Below, piece after piece: positions 26,539 through 40,559 of a stretch of 64,000 nucleotides of DNA. The notes under the pieces were generated by a model, which worked only from the letters and a program-made list of their open reading frames with translations, did no database searches and was not told the origin of the DNA. The number at the start of each line of letters is the position of its first letter. Position 1 is the first letter of the stretch. The position numbers and the translations under genes were made by a program. Origin of the DNA: Eledone cirrhosa (Eukaryota); NCBI GenBank assembly GCA_964016885.1, contig OZ024757.1, forward strand, positions 11,780,001 to 11,844,000, in the 5' to 3' direction.

Positions 26539-27359
26539 AGAGGCCCCCCTCAATTCAATCTATACATGGACAGATGGACAATCATATGGATCATTTTACA
26601 TATATGTACTCTGTGTTTTTGCATTTATTCACTATTGTCTCTGTTCTTTTCTTTTTCTTTTCCTTTGTGTACTTTTTGTCTGTTTTTCTTTGACTCTGTT
26701 CCATGTGATGGAAAGTATGACTTTGTAACGGATTGACTAATGCCTTGAACCATGTGGTTTGCCTTCCGTCATAAGGTCCGGCACTGCCGTTCAATATCTG
26801 TAACTCTAGAATCCCTCCCAGAACATATTACTTAAACATCTCTCTCCATATTATTTACTCACTTCAATGTATATCTTTACTTAATCCGAATTATCACTTG
26901 AAAAAAATTTTTGAATTCAGAATTTTTGAATTCTTTATTGTTTAATTTATAATCTCTGATATTTGATTTAGTATTTTAATTTTTATTCCCAACTCTCACT
27001 CTTAACTTACTATGTAAAACCATAGTACCTAGAATTAAGTTTATTTTACCTTATGAGTTGATGGTCAGTCTTACTGTCAACGCTAACAACCTCCCATCCC
27101 CTCTGGCTTTCGGCTGACTGCCACACTAGCGATGGGTAGCAGTAAATATTGGCAAGGCATAGGTGGGCCACTGACAGCGAATTTCGTTGAAATCTGCGGT
27201 GCTAATGGTCAACTTCCTTCGGACATGCGCTTGCGCAGACCGGTGGGGGTGAATTGGTACTCACAAGGGAACGGATGAAAAACCCAAAAGCACGTACTTC
27301 ATCCGTTCCCATGACGATTCAATTTGGATTGCCTCGGAAACAACCTTATTATGTAACAA

Positions 27360-27433
27360 GCTGTCTGATGATGTCACGACACTCGCACACAGATTAGTGT
27401 GGCCAGTGTCGTCATTGAAATATATATCACAGC
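27360..27433 (+). ncRNA. Type I hammerhead ribozyme
   Basis: gcugu CUGAUGA ..acgacacu...agugucgu.. GAAA uauaua UC acagc; palindromic stem III. Confidence 0.75.
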
Positions 27434-27480
27434 ATTATTATTAAAGGACTTGAACATCTGAAACTACTTCGCTTTTACTT

Positions 27481-27557
<77 letters not shown>

Positions 27558-27709
27558 TAATAACATGTATACTCCAGTCCTACCATCTGTAGAGTGCTTC
27601 TTATCCGATATCTGCATTGCTTTATTGTACTACAGTAAAACTCACCTCCTACATATATATATATACACAGACAAAAGGCATAAATGTTGTATATATGTAT
27701 ATATTTATT

Positions 27710-27757
<48 letters not shown>

Positions 27758-27784
27758 ATTGTAATAAACAACATAAGGCAATTA

Positions 27785-27844
27785 TTCCATTTACCAGTGG
27801 TTTCTTAAAAGCAAAAGGTTTTGCTTTCAATCCTCAGAACGGAA
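27785..27844 (-). ncRNA. Type I hammerhead ribozyme (mirror copy)
   Basis: Reverse complement of 29958-30017. Confidence 0.75.
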
Positions 27845-28220
27845 AAATCCTGGTTTGTTTATTGAATTTGGATTACAAACAAAAATGCAATCTATATGAA
27901 AGTGAGGCTGGAGAAGGGAGAAGGAAAGGAAAAATAAAATAAAATAAAACTACGCATGCAAACACACACACAAAAAAACCCCAAAACATACTTACACACA
28001 CATACATATATACATATATATATATATGTACGCATACATATATACATATACACATATATATAAAAAACGTACACTTACATACACAAACACATATATACAC
28101 ACATATACACATACAAACATTAATACATATACACACACGCACACACACACACACGCACACACACACACACGCATATCCACACACATATATATATATGTAC
28201 ATATATATATATATATATAC

Positions 28221-28251
<31 letters not shown>

Positions 28252-28676
28252 CACACACATACACATGTGTGTGTACAAGCATACACATACACAAACATAG
28301 CCATACACACACACATATATATACACATACATACATACATTCACACAAACATACAAAATGTACATACATACACATACATGAATGCACTCCTCTACATATT
28401 CACACACGCAAATAAATATAAGAAAAAAAAATATATATATATATATATTTTAAAAATTTTTGACACTGATACATGACCCAGCTAACAGGACAGACACGCG
28501 TGGTAAGTAATACACAGAAAAGCACGTATACATACGTACGAAATAGTAAACACATACACACACTCTCATACATAAATATACATAAACAAATACAAAAACA
28601 CATATATACACATACATACACAAACACGCACACGTATACATGTTAAGCACACACACATATGTATATGTAATTATAT

Positions 28677-28767
<91 letters not shown>

Positions 28768-28920
28768 TATATATATATACAAAAATATAAAAATATAAAC
28801 GCACACACACACACACACACGCATATACGTAAACACACATATACATACATAGCTAAACAATTATACACATGCAAATACGTATATATCAAAAACACGCACA
28901 ACCAAATACGAATATAAACG

Positions 28921-28965
<45 letters not shown>

Positions 28966-29016
28966 CCACACACACACATATATACATAAAAATAATAAAT
29001 ACACACACACATATAC

Positions 29017-29069
<53 letters not shown>

Positions 29070-29546
29070 TACACACATACGTACATATATGTGTATGTAT
29101 GTGTATATATGTGTTTTTGTATTTGTTTATGTATACATACGTACACATTGTGTATGTATGTGTATATATGTGTTTTTGTATTTGTTTATGTATATTTTAT
29201 GTATGAGAGTGTGTGTATGTGTTTACTATTTCGTACGTATGTATACGTGCTTTTCTGTGTATTACTTACCACGCGTGTCTGTCCTGTTAGCTGGGTCATG
29301 TATCGGTGTCAAAAATTTTTAAAATATATATATATATATATTTTTTTTTTTTTCTTAGATTTATTTGCGTGTGTGAATATGTAGAGGAGTGCATTCATGT
29401 ATGTGTATGTTTGTACGTTTTGTATGTTTGTGTGAATGTATGTATGTGTATATATATGTGTGTGTGTATGGCTATGTTTGTGTATGTGTATGCTTGTACA
29501 CACACATGTGTATGTGTGTGTATGTGTGTGTATGTATATGTGTATA

Positions 29547-29586
<40 letters not shown>

Positions 29587-29611
29587 TATATATATGTGTG
29601 TGGATATGCGT

Positions 29612-29667
<56 letters not shown>

Positions 29668-29957
29668 GTGTATATGTATTAATGTTTGTATGTGTATGTG
29701 TGTGTATATATGTGTTTGTGTATGTAAGTGTACGTTTTTTATATATATGTGTATATGTATATATGTATGCGTACATATATATATATATGTATATATGTAT
29801 GTGTGTGTAAGTATGCTTTTGGGTTTTTTTGTGTGTGTGTTTGCATGCGTAGTTTTATTTTATTTTATTTTTCCTTTCCTTCTCCCTTCTCCAGCCTCAC
29901 TTTCATATAGATTGCATTTTTGTTTGTAATCCAAATTCAATAAACAAACCAGGATTT

Positions 29958-30017
29958 TTCCGTTCTGAGGATTGAAAGCAAAACCTTTTGCTTTTAAGAA
30001 ACCACTGGTAAATGGAA
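29958..30017 (+). ncRNA. Type I hammerhead ribozyme
   Basis: uuccguu CUGAGGA uugaaagcaaaa cc uuuugcuuuuaa GAAA cca c ugg UA aauggaa. Confidence 0.75.
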
Positions 30018-30325
30018 TAATTGCCTTATGTTGTTTATTACATAATAATAATAATTAAGCTCTGTTGCCTACATAGAGCACTCTTTTTTCCTGGACTTTT
30101 CCGATGGAATTACTTCATTCATAGATATATATATATATATATATAACTATATATACTGCTATGACCTCATTTCTTTAGAAATTAACTAAAGATATTTATA
30201 TTCTTACATACAATTACAGAACTAGTTTCGTTCAATGAAAGAATTAATGAAATTCAACGTGTGTGTGTGTATATATACACACACACACATATATATATAT
30301 ATATAGTTACGAAACATAAGTCATC

Positions 30326-30530
30326 GAGTAGGTAATAGGGAAAGGTATGACCCCGACGGCAGAGCTCAAGCCGTTTCGACGGCTATTTCAGTCCAGAAAT
30401 AGCCGTCGAAATGGCTTGAGCCCTGCCGTCGGGGTCATACCTTTTCCTATTACCCACTCTACTACCCTAAGTATTGAGTACTCTAGTGCGTTATGGTCCA
30501 TCTGGTTCCTTACCTCAATTCCTTCGTTAT
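30326..30530 (+). mobile_element. Family D fold-back
   Basis: Hairpin 30326-30459 plus tail. Confidence 0.75.
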
Positions 30531-30596
30531 ATATATATATATAGATATATATATATATATAAATAAATGGAAACTATAATTTATAAAACGATGTTT

Positions 30597-30660
30597 ATTT
30601 TATTATATATATTTCAAGGGCAACCAAGGCAAATTATGGTGCGCTTTCATCAGATAAAAT
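30597..30660 (-). ncRNA. Type I hammerhead ribozyme (family M)
   Basis: auuuuau CUGAUGA aagcgcacca [loop] ugguugcccuu GAAA uauaua UA auaaaau; its 3' half also occurs at about 17862-17900. Confidence 0.7.
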
Positions 30661-31144
30661 ACAGATTTGTTTTATCAATAAATATTGAGATACCGGGAAA
30701 AAAAGACAACCTTAACGGTTGGAGCTTCCTGGATAGTGGGGATAATATTTTATTGAGGGTAATACAAAGTTATGAGTGAGTATGCAAATGAGTGTCCGAA
30801 AAGTTGAAAAGATAACGGTTTATTTAAATTTAACTGTTGGAAGAAGATGATATGTAAGGGAGAGAGAAAAAAAGAAAAGGAAGGAGAAAGAGAGAAGAGG
30901 AAAGAAAGAACGATTATACATAGTGATAGTGGAGATAGACAGAGTGAATGTTGAGTGCTTTATATCAGTTATAAAAATGTTTAAGCTTGTTGAATCCCAA
31001 CAAATTAAATATAACCTCTGCATATATATATATTTACAAATTAAATGAAGAATTAGAAAGAGAAGCCAGGACTATCCATCATCAATGATCTACTAGCCAT
31101 CATAGGTATTTCTTTACATTAAAGACCAATATATATATATATAT

Positions 31145-33935
31145 CATCTTCGTTTAACATCTATCTTCCATGCTAGCATGGGTTAGACGGGAAATGTCCC
31201 ACTTGGGGCAAGATTCATCGGGTGACCGTGTCTAGCTCGTATAAGACTGTATCTGGCAGGTTTTCTACAGCCGGATGCCCTTCCGAACACCAACCACATT
31301 TACAGTGTGGACTGGAAGCCTTTTTTACCGTGTTACCTACACGACCGCTTTACAACGTGGACTGGGTGCTTTTTTGTCGTGACACCCATACAACCTCTTT
31401 AGTTTGGACAGGATGTTGTGGTACCAACATAACTTTACAGAGACAGGGTGGTGTTGGTGGGAGCTGGAAGATGGAGTAGGGGTAGTGGGGTGGGGTATAT
31501 ATTTGGTTAGGAGGGGCCTACTGACTGTAGGTTTCACTTTGTACATAGGCAAGGCGGGTCTTCTGTATTACTGTGTATGCCAAAGATCTCAGTCCAGTGA
31601 CATTATCTTAGAGAGGTGTAAGTGTGCAAGGTTGGATTTTATGTCGTCCCATGTTTTTTCTGGGTCTACCTACTTCATAACTTCCATCAATTTTGATCAC
31701 CCAGCACTTTTTTATAAAGCTGTCAACTTTCATTCCCATCACATGACCATACCAACGTAATCTTCTGTCAAGTAAACAGCATCTGATCCCTTTTCCGTCT
31801 CACTGCCATGTAGCATTGCTGTTCGTATACAAGCATCATACAATCTGCCTTTCATTTTTAGAGAGAAACATTTTGTGGCCAACAGTGGTATAAGCTCTCT
31901 GAACTTTTTCCATCCCGTTCTGACTCTGGCTACTGTACTTTCAGAACACCCTCCACCACTGCTTACTTCGTCACCCAGGTAATGGAAGGTGTCCACTATT
32001 TCTATAGAACCATCTGGGCAGTAGAAGGAGCTAGTATCCTGTGGGCACTTGCTACTTATTGCACCTGAGCATTGGCCACATATAAAGTCTACGTTCTTAG
32101 ATAGTTTACCTGTGATCCCACTATATCTTTTATGTACCCATAGTTTGTATTTGTGGCATAGAATGAAATTTCTAGCTACTCCTTTCCTACACACTGAGCA
32201 TGGCCATGTCCCAGAGGGCACCCGTGCCCTATTTCCTTTATACATACTAGAACTTTAGTCTTAGATAAGTTAACTTTAAGGCCTTTTGATTCTAGGCCAT
32301 GTTTGCATGTTTGGAATTTCTTTTCTAGTTCAGCCATTGATTCAGCTATGAAAGTTAGATCATCTGCAGCCAGTCTTAAACGCTTCTGTTATAGCCTGCA
32401 GGGCAAGAATAAACAAGAGGGGGCTAAGGATGGAACCTTGATAAACACCTACTTTTATGCTAAATTCTTCACTATATTCATTGTTAATTCTCACCTTGCT
32501 GACTGTTTCTTTATACATGGCTTGTATAGCTCTCACAAGCCATTCATCTACTCCTAGTTTTCTAAGAGCCCACCATATAATGGAGCGGGGGACTCTGTCA
32601 AAGGCTTTCTCCAAGTCAACAAAAGCTAGGTAGAGGGGTTTACTTTCAGCTAGGTACTTCTCCTGTAGTTGTCATACAATGAAAAGGGCATCCGTGGTAC
32701 TTTTACCTGGCACAAACCCAAACTGCATTTCATCTAGATCAATTCTGTCTCTGATTATCTGTGCAATAACTCTTTCTGTGACCTTCATGACCTTGTCAAC
32801 TAACTTAATGCCTCTATAGTCTCCCTATCTAGAGCATCTCCTTTACGCTTGTAGCAGTTAATGATGATGTTGCTACACCAGTCCTTTGGTATAACCCCAT
32901 TCTGTATTACTTGATTTACTATCCGGGTGACCATAGTATGTCCCACCATTCCAGATGCTTTCAACATCTCGGCAACTATCTCTCAAGGCCCAGCTGCCTT
33001 GCCTGTCTTCATATATTTGATTGCCTTACTTATTATAGTACCTTTAACTTGCACCGATGGTCCCTCTATTGGATCGATTTGGGGCAGAAAATCTTTTTCC
33101 TATTTATTCTCCTCATTTAGTAGCCTTTCGTAGTGACATTTCCAAGCTACCTTCTTATCAATATCAGTCAGGGCAAGTACACCATCATCATGACGGACAC
33201 ACTTCTCCCCAACAATATCACAGTTTTCCTTGACACATTGTCTTGCAATCCTGAACACCTCACGTTGTTGGTCCTCGCGTTGTAGAACATACTTGAACAT
33301 TCTATCCTCCGCTTCCCTCCTTGTAAGGTACACTTGTCTCCTAGTTTCTCTCCTGGCCTCTCGATAGTGTTTTCTACTTCCGCCATACTTTCCAGCCTTC
33401 TTTCTGGCCTTGATTGACTCCTCCACCTTACTGTTCCACAACCAAGTTACTCTCCTCCTGCCTAAAGGTCTGCTCCTGCCACAGATTTCATCTGTCGCCT
33501 TCAGCAGGTTTAACTTTCAGGAATTCATACTGTTCTTCTATATTGTACGTCTCTAATTGCTCTTCCTTACTGTCAAAAGCATCAAGTAATATGCTTTTAA
33601 ATTTGTGACTAGCTGTGAGGTCCTTCAACTTCCATATTCTTCTTGTCAAGCTAGTCTCCTGTTGTCGAGTACGTCTAGTCCTGACTATGAGGTCACTAAC
33701 TATAAGGTTATGTTGGGAGGTGCATTCTTCATGGGGGAAGGACTTAGTGTTTACAACAGACACTCTGTCACATCTTCTAGTAAGGATAAAATCTATCTGG
33801 CTGGTGTCTTTCCCTGATCTATAGGTGATCAAGTGATTGTCTCATTTTTTGAAGTTTATATTACAGATAGTTAGGTTATTAGCATCACAGAATTCCAGGA
33901 TCCTGAAGCTTCCCCATTTCTAGTACCAAAATTAA
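31145..33935 (-). mobile_element. RTE-clade LINE (APE C-terminus + RT + 3' UTR), degenerate
   Basis: ITYRSG...SQIDFIL...SQHNLIV (APE); EKAFDRVP, VGVYQGSILSP, WPCSVCRKG, LHGSET. Confidence 0.93.
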
Positions 33936-34149
33936 AATTGCTAAGATAACAAAAAACATCTTACCTTATCAAATTTAATAATCCCAAATATTTTCAGGTT
34001 TAAAAGCCCATTATCAAGGGAGCATCTCTATGATAGACTTAAAGGATCAATCAGAGTTGACTTGGAAGGCAGATTTAAGTTAAATCTGCCTTCATACAAG
34101 TCAACAATTATTTCACCTCAATTGGCCCCGCTTTCTTTAACTTTCTAAA

Positions 34150-35130
34150 AGGAAGTAGCTTTAGGAAAAAACAAAACTGAAAAGGAACTGGTAGCTAAAA
34201 TAGAAGAGGCACTTAGGAATGGCAGTACAGCTGACGTGCTAGCGGTGAGAACAGCACTAGACCAGTTCTTCAACGTGAAACATGAAGGTTGTATTGTCAG
34301 AATTAGAACACGTGCTCTAAGAAACAAGGGGGCCAAAGCTGTTTGCTGGGCCCGAGTGGCAGAGGCAAAAAGAGGCAACAAATCCACAATTCGGTCTTTG
34401 CAAGACAAAGATGGACGCATTATACTTGAATCCAAGCATATGTGCATGGCCTTCCAGCAGCGTTTTGTACAACTGTTCGGGCAAAGCGTTACATCGAGCC
34501 AGGTGATGGACTTCAGCTCCTACCTCGATGGCGTACCATGACTCTCGAGCTCGGATGCGGAGAGCTACGAAAGGCCGATCACAGCGGGCGAAATAGAAGA
34601 TGTCCTAGGCCGCTGCGGGAAAAACAAATCACCCGGTTTTAGATGGTCTACCCTATGAGTTTTACATACGCATGCCAGACTTGTTCTCTGGCGTCATTGA
34701 AGCAGTCTACTGCAACTGGCAGCAGAACGGGAGGATTCCCAGTTCTGTAGACAGAGGTGTAGTAACGCTGATCAGGAAAGATGAGAATAAGGGGGACGAA
34801 CTAAGCAACTTTAGGCCCATAACTCTGCTCAACACAGAGTGTAAGATTTTGGCCAAGGTGTTAGCAGCGAGGTTGGCGCTTGTCGTGGAGAATCTGGTAG
34901 GGGAAGCGCAAACGTGTGCAATCCCGACCAGGTCCATACACGACAACCTCCACCTCATGCAATACAGCATAGAGAGGGTTGGGTGTAAACCTGGCTTCAG
35001 AGTGGCTCTGATCAATTTAGATCAGTCTAAGGCATTTGATAGGGTCGACCATCAGTACTTGGAAGCAGTTCTCAAGATGGCCGGCTTCGGTCCCGTCTTC
35101 AGAGGCTGGAGCGCTGCCATGCACACCAGT
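34150..35130 (+). mobile_element. L1/Tx1-type LINE RT fragment
   Basis: KSPG.DGLPYEF, NFRPITLLNTECKILAKVLAARL, RSIHDNL, LDQSKAFDRVDH. Confidence 0.85.
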
Positions 35131-35479
35131 CTGTAGGTTTGCAACTCGGTACATGGAGAGGCAAACTTATGCCTTCCGACAGTGTCGTTGTACATTACAG
35201 AGTGTACTGGGTGTATTTTATTGTGGTTGGATTTAAGAAAGATCATTCAGCCATCTAATGGGACAGTTAAGCTCCAGCTAGCATGTTAAAAGTTGTTGAT
35301 GATGATGATAATCATAATAATAATAATGAAATTATTGTGTAAAGTGCTCAGGTGCACTACAACTCGTCAATATAGTACATAGAATAATACACAAATGTCA
35401 GGGAAGTACATGTGTGTATGTGTTAGCTGTAGTGTTGGCGGATCTCGGGAAGCATGGAGGCCTTAAAGGATGCAGTGTC

Positions 35480-38188
35480 TCGACAGCTAACAACTGATGC
35501 AGGTAGTTTGTTCCATGCTTCAGCAACTCTGAGCGTGAAAAAAATGTTCCCGAAAGTCATGGGAACTGTGCTGTTTTCTTACTTTGTGGGCATGTCCACG
35601 TGTGTTAGACACATGGAAATCAAAAAGGTACTCGGGGTTGTTGTTGGCAACATGGTTAACAATTTTGTGGGTGTTTACCAAGTCAGTTGCCAGGCGTCGG
35701 AGCTTCAATCAATCCATGCCCAGGGAAGCAAGGCGCTCAGAGTATGGTAGATGCCTGATGGAGGGTATTCGCTTGGTTGTACATCTCTGAACAGTTGCCA
35801 GGCGGATTGAGCAAGATGGGGTTCCAGACTGGTGATGCAAATTCTAAGTGTGGTCGCACCATAGCTGTATACAGCCTTAAATAGATATCTGGAGAGCGAT
35901 TTGCGTTGGACGAGGCACGTCTTGCTGAGTGATGCTAAGACACCCTCGGCCCTCTTGACAAGTTTAGAGACGTGCCTCGTCCAACGCAAATCGTTGCTGA
36001 CCGTAATGCCCAGATCACGTTCACAGGAAGACTTCTTGATATTAGTGCTGTGGAGGGAGTATGTGGACGCTGGGTTTTTACTCCCAAAATGCATGGTGGT
36101 GCACTTGTCCACAGCTAGCTTGAGTTGCCAGTCTGAGATCCATTGTTGCATTGTGTCCAGGTCAGACTGCAAGCAAGATCTATAGTGTTCAGGATCTGTC
36201 CTTTTTATCTCAAGGTACAGCTTGATGTCGTCTGCGTACTTTAGTACTGTGGCATTCCTTAAGTTGGCATCTATGTCATTAATATATGCCACAAACAAAA
36301 GGGGGCCAAGAACAGATCCCTGTGGTACACCAGATGACATCTCATATGGTGAGGAATGCTGTCCCAGAACCGTGACTACCTCTCTTCGACTGAGAATGAA
36401 GGACTTCAACCAGTTAAAAAGATCATCCTTCACACCAATTGCAGAGAGTTTGCCATAAGCATTTTGTGTGGCACAGAATTGAAGGCCTTCGCAAAGTCAA
36501 GGTAAACAACATCCACCCATGAGCCGCCATCAGTGATCCGGGTGATGTCCTCAAGAAACTCTATGAGTTGATCACGGCAGCTGGAGTTGGGGATAACTCC
36601 AAATTGCGAGGGCCGGATAAAACTGTGAGAGCTCCAGAAGTTCCAAAGTGTTTCTCTGACACAGGATTCCATCAGTTTGGCGATGCAACTAGTAAAACTG
36701 ACTGGACGATAGTTCACAGGTGATGTGCGGTCACCCTTTTTGAACAGAGGAATGACACTGGCAGTTTTCCACTGTTCTGGAGTAGCACTGTTGTTCAGAC
36801 AGAATTGGAAGAAGCGTGATAACTGGTGTAGAAGGAAGTACCCACCACGTTTAAGAAGCAGGTACGTAACACCATCAAGACCAGGAGAGGCATGGTTGCG
36901 TTTATTTTTTAGGTGACGTCGCAGCATTGCAGGTGTAAATCCCATGGTTGTAATAGAGTCCGGTGTCATAGGTGGTGGAGATGGTACACTCTGGTCTTCA
37001 ATAGTGAAAATGCCTGCATAGCATTCAGCAATGAGCTCTGCGCATTCCTTGGGGTCGTCAGTAACCTGGCTTGTGTGGGGATTGCGAAGAGGACCAACTG
37101 GAGAGTGAGGCCTCTGCTTTGAGTGAACCTACTTCCAGAACACCTTACTGTCAGGGCTGGTTGCTATGCGCTGCTCAAATTGAAGCACTGCCTTTTTTGT
37201 CACCTGTTTGATGTGGTTGGACGATCTATTTCGCCTCTTCCTATTAATGTCTGATTTGTGAAGTTTGTACACACGTTCAGCATTGCGCCGTTCTTTTCTG
37301 GCAAGACGGACTGCTGCAGTCTCCCAAATTGCGCTTTTGGGATGTTTTTTCCGCTTACGTGGCACCGATGCTGCACATGCTGTCCATATTGAGCTCAGGA
37401 TGTTCTGGAGTACAGTGTTGACATCTCCAGTGTCGTAGAACTCAAGCCAGTTTGGCCGTGGCAACTCAGTGCAGTAACAGTTCCAGTCTGCTTTATTCCA
37501 GTCAAAGTGAGCAGTTTGGAGATGGTTGCGGTTCTTGTTACTGCCCATGAGGGATAGATTGGCAATGATCATAGCATGATCAGAGTCACCTAAAGGTTCC
37601 TCAGCAGTAACACTAATGACCGTTTCAGGAGTAGTGGTGAAGAGTAGGTCCAAAGTGTTGTCACCTCTCGTTGGGGAGGTGACCACCTGGGACCAACTCG
37701 AGTCCAGTACCAGCTCAAGGAAATCATTTGCACTTGGCGGCCAACGAAAGGTCTCCCAGTCAATCTCAGGGTGATTGAAGTCACCTGCAATGAAAACATA
37801 AGTGGCTGTCTTCCTGGCAGCAGTTCTGAGGATATCACAAATTTGAGTGTCCTGATGGTAATTTGGGGGACGGTAAACGACTCCAAGTAGCAGTGTTGAC
37901 ATGGTCATACGTATATCGCAGAAAAAAAACTTCCTGCTGTGATTGGTTCAAATCAGCACAAGGAATTGCCGACAGATTTGACCGAACGTAGACCATTACA
38001 CCACCACCACGACGATTAATGCGGTCTTTACGAAACAGGTTGTAGCCAGTCATGCTGAAAACCCCATCACAGAGTAAGGGATGTGCCCAAGTTTCCGTGA
38101 CTGTAATGAAGTCCGGGTTGATACTTTTGACGTAGGAGTCAAAAGGATGAATCTTATTGCATAGACTACGTGCATTCAAGGACAACAA
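35480..38188 (-). pseudogene. CR1 ORF2 (AP endonuclease + reverse transcriptase), several frameshifts and stops
   Basis: ORF pieces 37835-38188, 37129-37908, 36430-36969, 35705-36433 and 35520-35708. Confidence 0.92.
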
Positions 38189-38244
38189 TTTGTACCTTGA
38201 TTCCAGTCTATGATTATGTGCAGGGGATGGCAGGTTGTTCTGAT

Positions 38245-39466
38245 TTAGTTTCCCAGAGTTTTTTCAGTTTCTTTATTGTCAGTTGTTGTGGGTACAGTGT
38301 TTTCAGACCAGCTGGTGTCTCTTTTCCATGATTCGCCAGCCTTAACAAACTTCCATATCTGCCCATCATCTCGTAGGCTGAAGCTTTCATGTTCTGCCGA
38401 GCTGCGGTTTAGGGAAGCTGTAGCACGCAACTTTGGGCGGACATCAGGTGGAAGACCAGGGCGTGTTCGGAAAGCAATCCGACTTTCACGCCTAGCTTTA
38501 TCAGAGGCTACAAGGTATGAACGTGCCTCAGTTGAGTTTGAAAACGACAGTCTAATTAACCTGGTCGGCCAAGGCGTAGAGCACCCTTTGCAGAAGCACA
38601 GCCCAGTCTTTGGATGAACTGGCAGCAAATGCCTGAAGATCAACTATATCTTCCGGCACACCAATGGCAATCACTTCGTGGTTTGCAGATTCAGTGGCAT
38701 TCTCAATGCGTCTAGGTTCAACATGAGGTACGCGGAGATTTTTTAACAAGGCACTCCGGGAAGATCCCTCATTGTGGGGTTCTACGCGAACGCTTGATTT
38801 TATTTCCGCTATTTCTTGACTTAAAGCGGAAATCATTTGCCGTATTTCCTCAAACTCCGTATTGACGGTCGGTTTTTGTTGTTGTTCTTCTCCTTCAACA
38901 GGCATCGTAGAAGACAGAGTCATCGGTTGTTGTTGTTGAAAAGTAACGGGTGAGGAAGACATGGGTTGCTGTTGTTGATGAAGTCCTTCAACTGGGGTAG
39001 TAGCAGAAGCTACGGTCGTTGGTTTTTGCTGTTGTTCAGGAACAATGGTAGAGGAAGACACGATCCTCGGTTTTTGTTGTTGTTGTTCGGGAACAATGGT
39101 AGAAGACACGATCTTCGGTCTTTGTTGTTGTTGTTGTTCCGCAGCAATGGGAGAAGCAGGCATACAGTCCAGGCACTGAAAGGACCAGTTTGTTAGCTGG
39201 ACCATCTCCCAGAGTCTATCCATCGTAGCAATATGATATTTCTTATTTTGGCCTGGGATCTTCCGGAAGCCTGTGGCGCATTGAAGGCAGACAGAGATGC
39301 GACAGGTTTCACATTCGACCCAGCGATTACGGAACGAGTTTTCGGGTTCCGCACAGATATGGCAGGTGTGATCTTCTGGGCAATGTTCTGTTTTGGAACA
39401 TCGACCAGTTTTGTCGCATACTTCATCGATGGATATCACCATGGCAATTTTGTTATTTCTGCCCAT
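38245..39466 (-). pseudogene. CR1 ORF1 (PHD-like finger, Gln-rich repeats, coiled coil)
   Basis: CHIC...WVECETC...CLQC...FQCLDC; repeated QQQQ(K/R)P..VSS units; FEEIRQMISALSQEIAEIKSS; frameshift near 38600. Confidence 0.8.
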
Positions 39467-40559
39467 CCGTAGAAAAACACAGAATGTAAACAATATAGGT
39501 TTAGCGCACTTGATTACGATAGAAATAAAATGTCTGTTTTTTTGTTTTGTTTTTTTTGTGTATTTTGTTTCCGTTTTCCTAAATGTTGTGTGTGTACAGA
39601 AGAGTCTGTGCATGTAAACAAATAAATATGCTGCGTAAGTTAAATGAAACGTACTGTAGAAGGGAATTGTTTATTAACAGCGAAATAACGTTTTTTTTCC
39701 CCTGATACTGCTTCTTTATAATAAACTTTCAATAATATTTTTTTCAAATTATTAACTTTCATAATTAAAAGGTGTATGTGGGTTAGAAGCGAAGTCAATG
39801 TTCAGAAATATTTTACCAATGTAAATTGGTAAAATTGGCCGGTATAGTGTCTCACACGAAATAGTGTGGTTTCTTTTCACGTGTGTGTATATGCATATGG
39901 TATATATCTGTATATAAATCTGTGTATATTGTTGTTTATATGTTTTGTGGAGTACTTACTGCGATTCTTAAGGGATGTAGTGATTTGTTTTGTTTTTTCC
40001 CCGTCCATGTCCACACGTGGTTTGTTGGCGAAAATCAAGTCAAATTATATATACTTCGTTAAGATAATTCTATCTTGAAACTGGTACTAGTTGTCAGGGA
40101 ACAGTCAAAGTAATTGTAATAATGAATATTGTAATCCATCTGACATGTGTTTAAAGGGCAGTTTTTGGTGAAAATATTATATTTTGTTTGGTCAAGACGT
40201 GGTCAAGCGACCTTCCTTGTCGCTATTTTGGCCGATTATGATGACAGATTGATATAGATAAAAACTTAATTAGAATCTTATCAAAGTTGTTTATTGTGAA
40301 ACAAAACTGTATCTTGACTTTGAACAAAACATTGATTAGGTTAGGTCAAGTGTTCTATTCATATTGATATATTAGAGAAAACACACAGCATGTATGTACA
40401 TTCATTCTACCACACACCCACACAGTGTAACTTACACTCACACACATATACTAACACACCACAAATAATATGTTTATGGCTGAGTATTCCACAACCATAC
40501 ATGTGTTTATTGTAATTCCATTACAGAATCATCATGTCAATATATATGACAGGGTAGAT

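Larger units (their letters stand above)
27755..30122. mobile_element. Large non-coding fold-back element (about 0.9-kb arms) with an HHR in each arm
   Basis: About 27755-28625 is the reverse complement of about 29145-30043; CA/TA-rich; tail to about 30122. Confidence 0.88.
35335..39640 (-). mobile_element. CR1-type LINE, near full length (ORF1 + APE-RT ORF2), degenerate
   Basis: LNARSL, VTETW, VYRPP, AGDFN, SDH (APE); NYRPVS, YLDFAKAF, SGVPQGSVLGP, YADD, ERDLG, TRGH (RT and C-terminus). 5' limit approximate. Confidence 0.93.

Noticed and set aside
33998-34147. Possible host exon after the ttttcag acceptor
   Set aside because: No convincing donor site and no recognisable protein motif; cannot be supported without RNA-seq
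39780-40040. CCAAT palindrome, CACGTG and TTGGCG motifs suggesting a promoter upstream of the CR1
   Set aside because: Short motifs expected by chance; no transcript evidence
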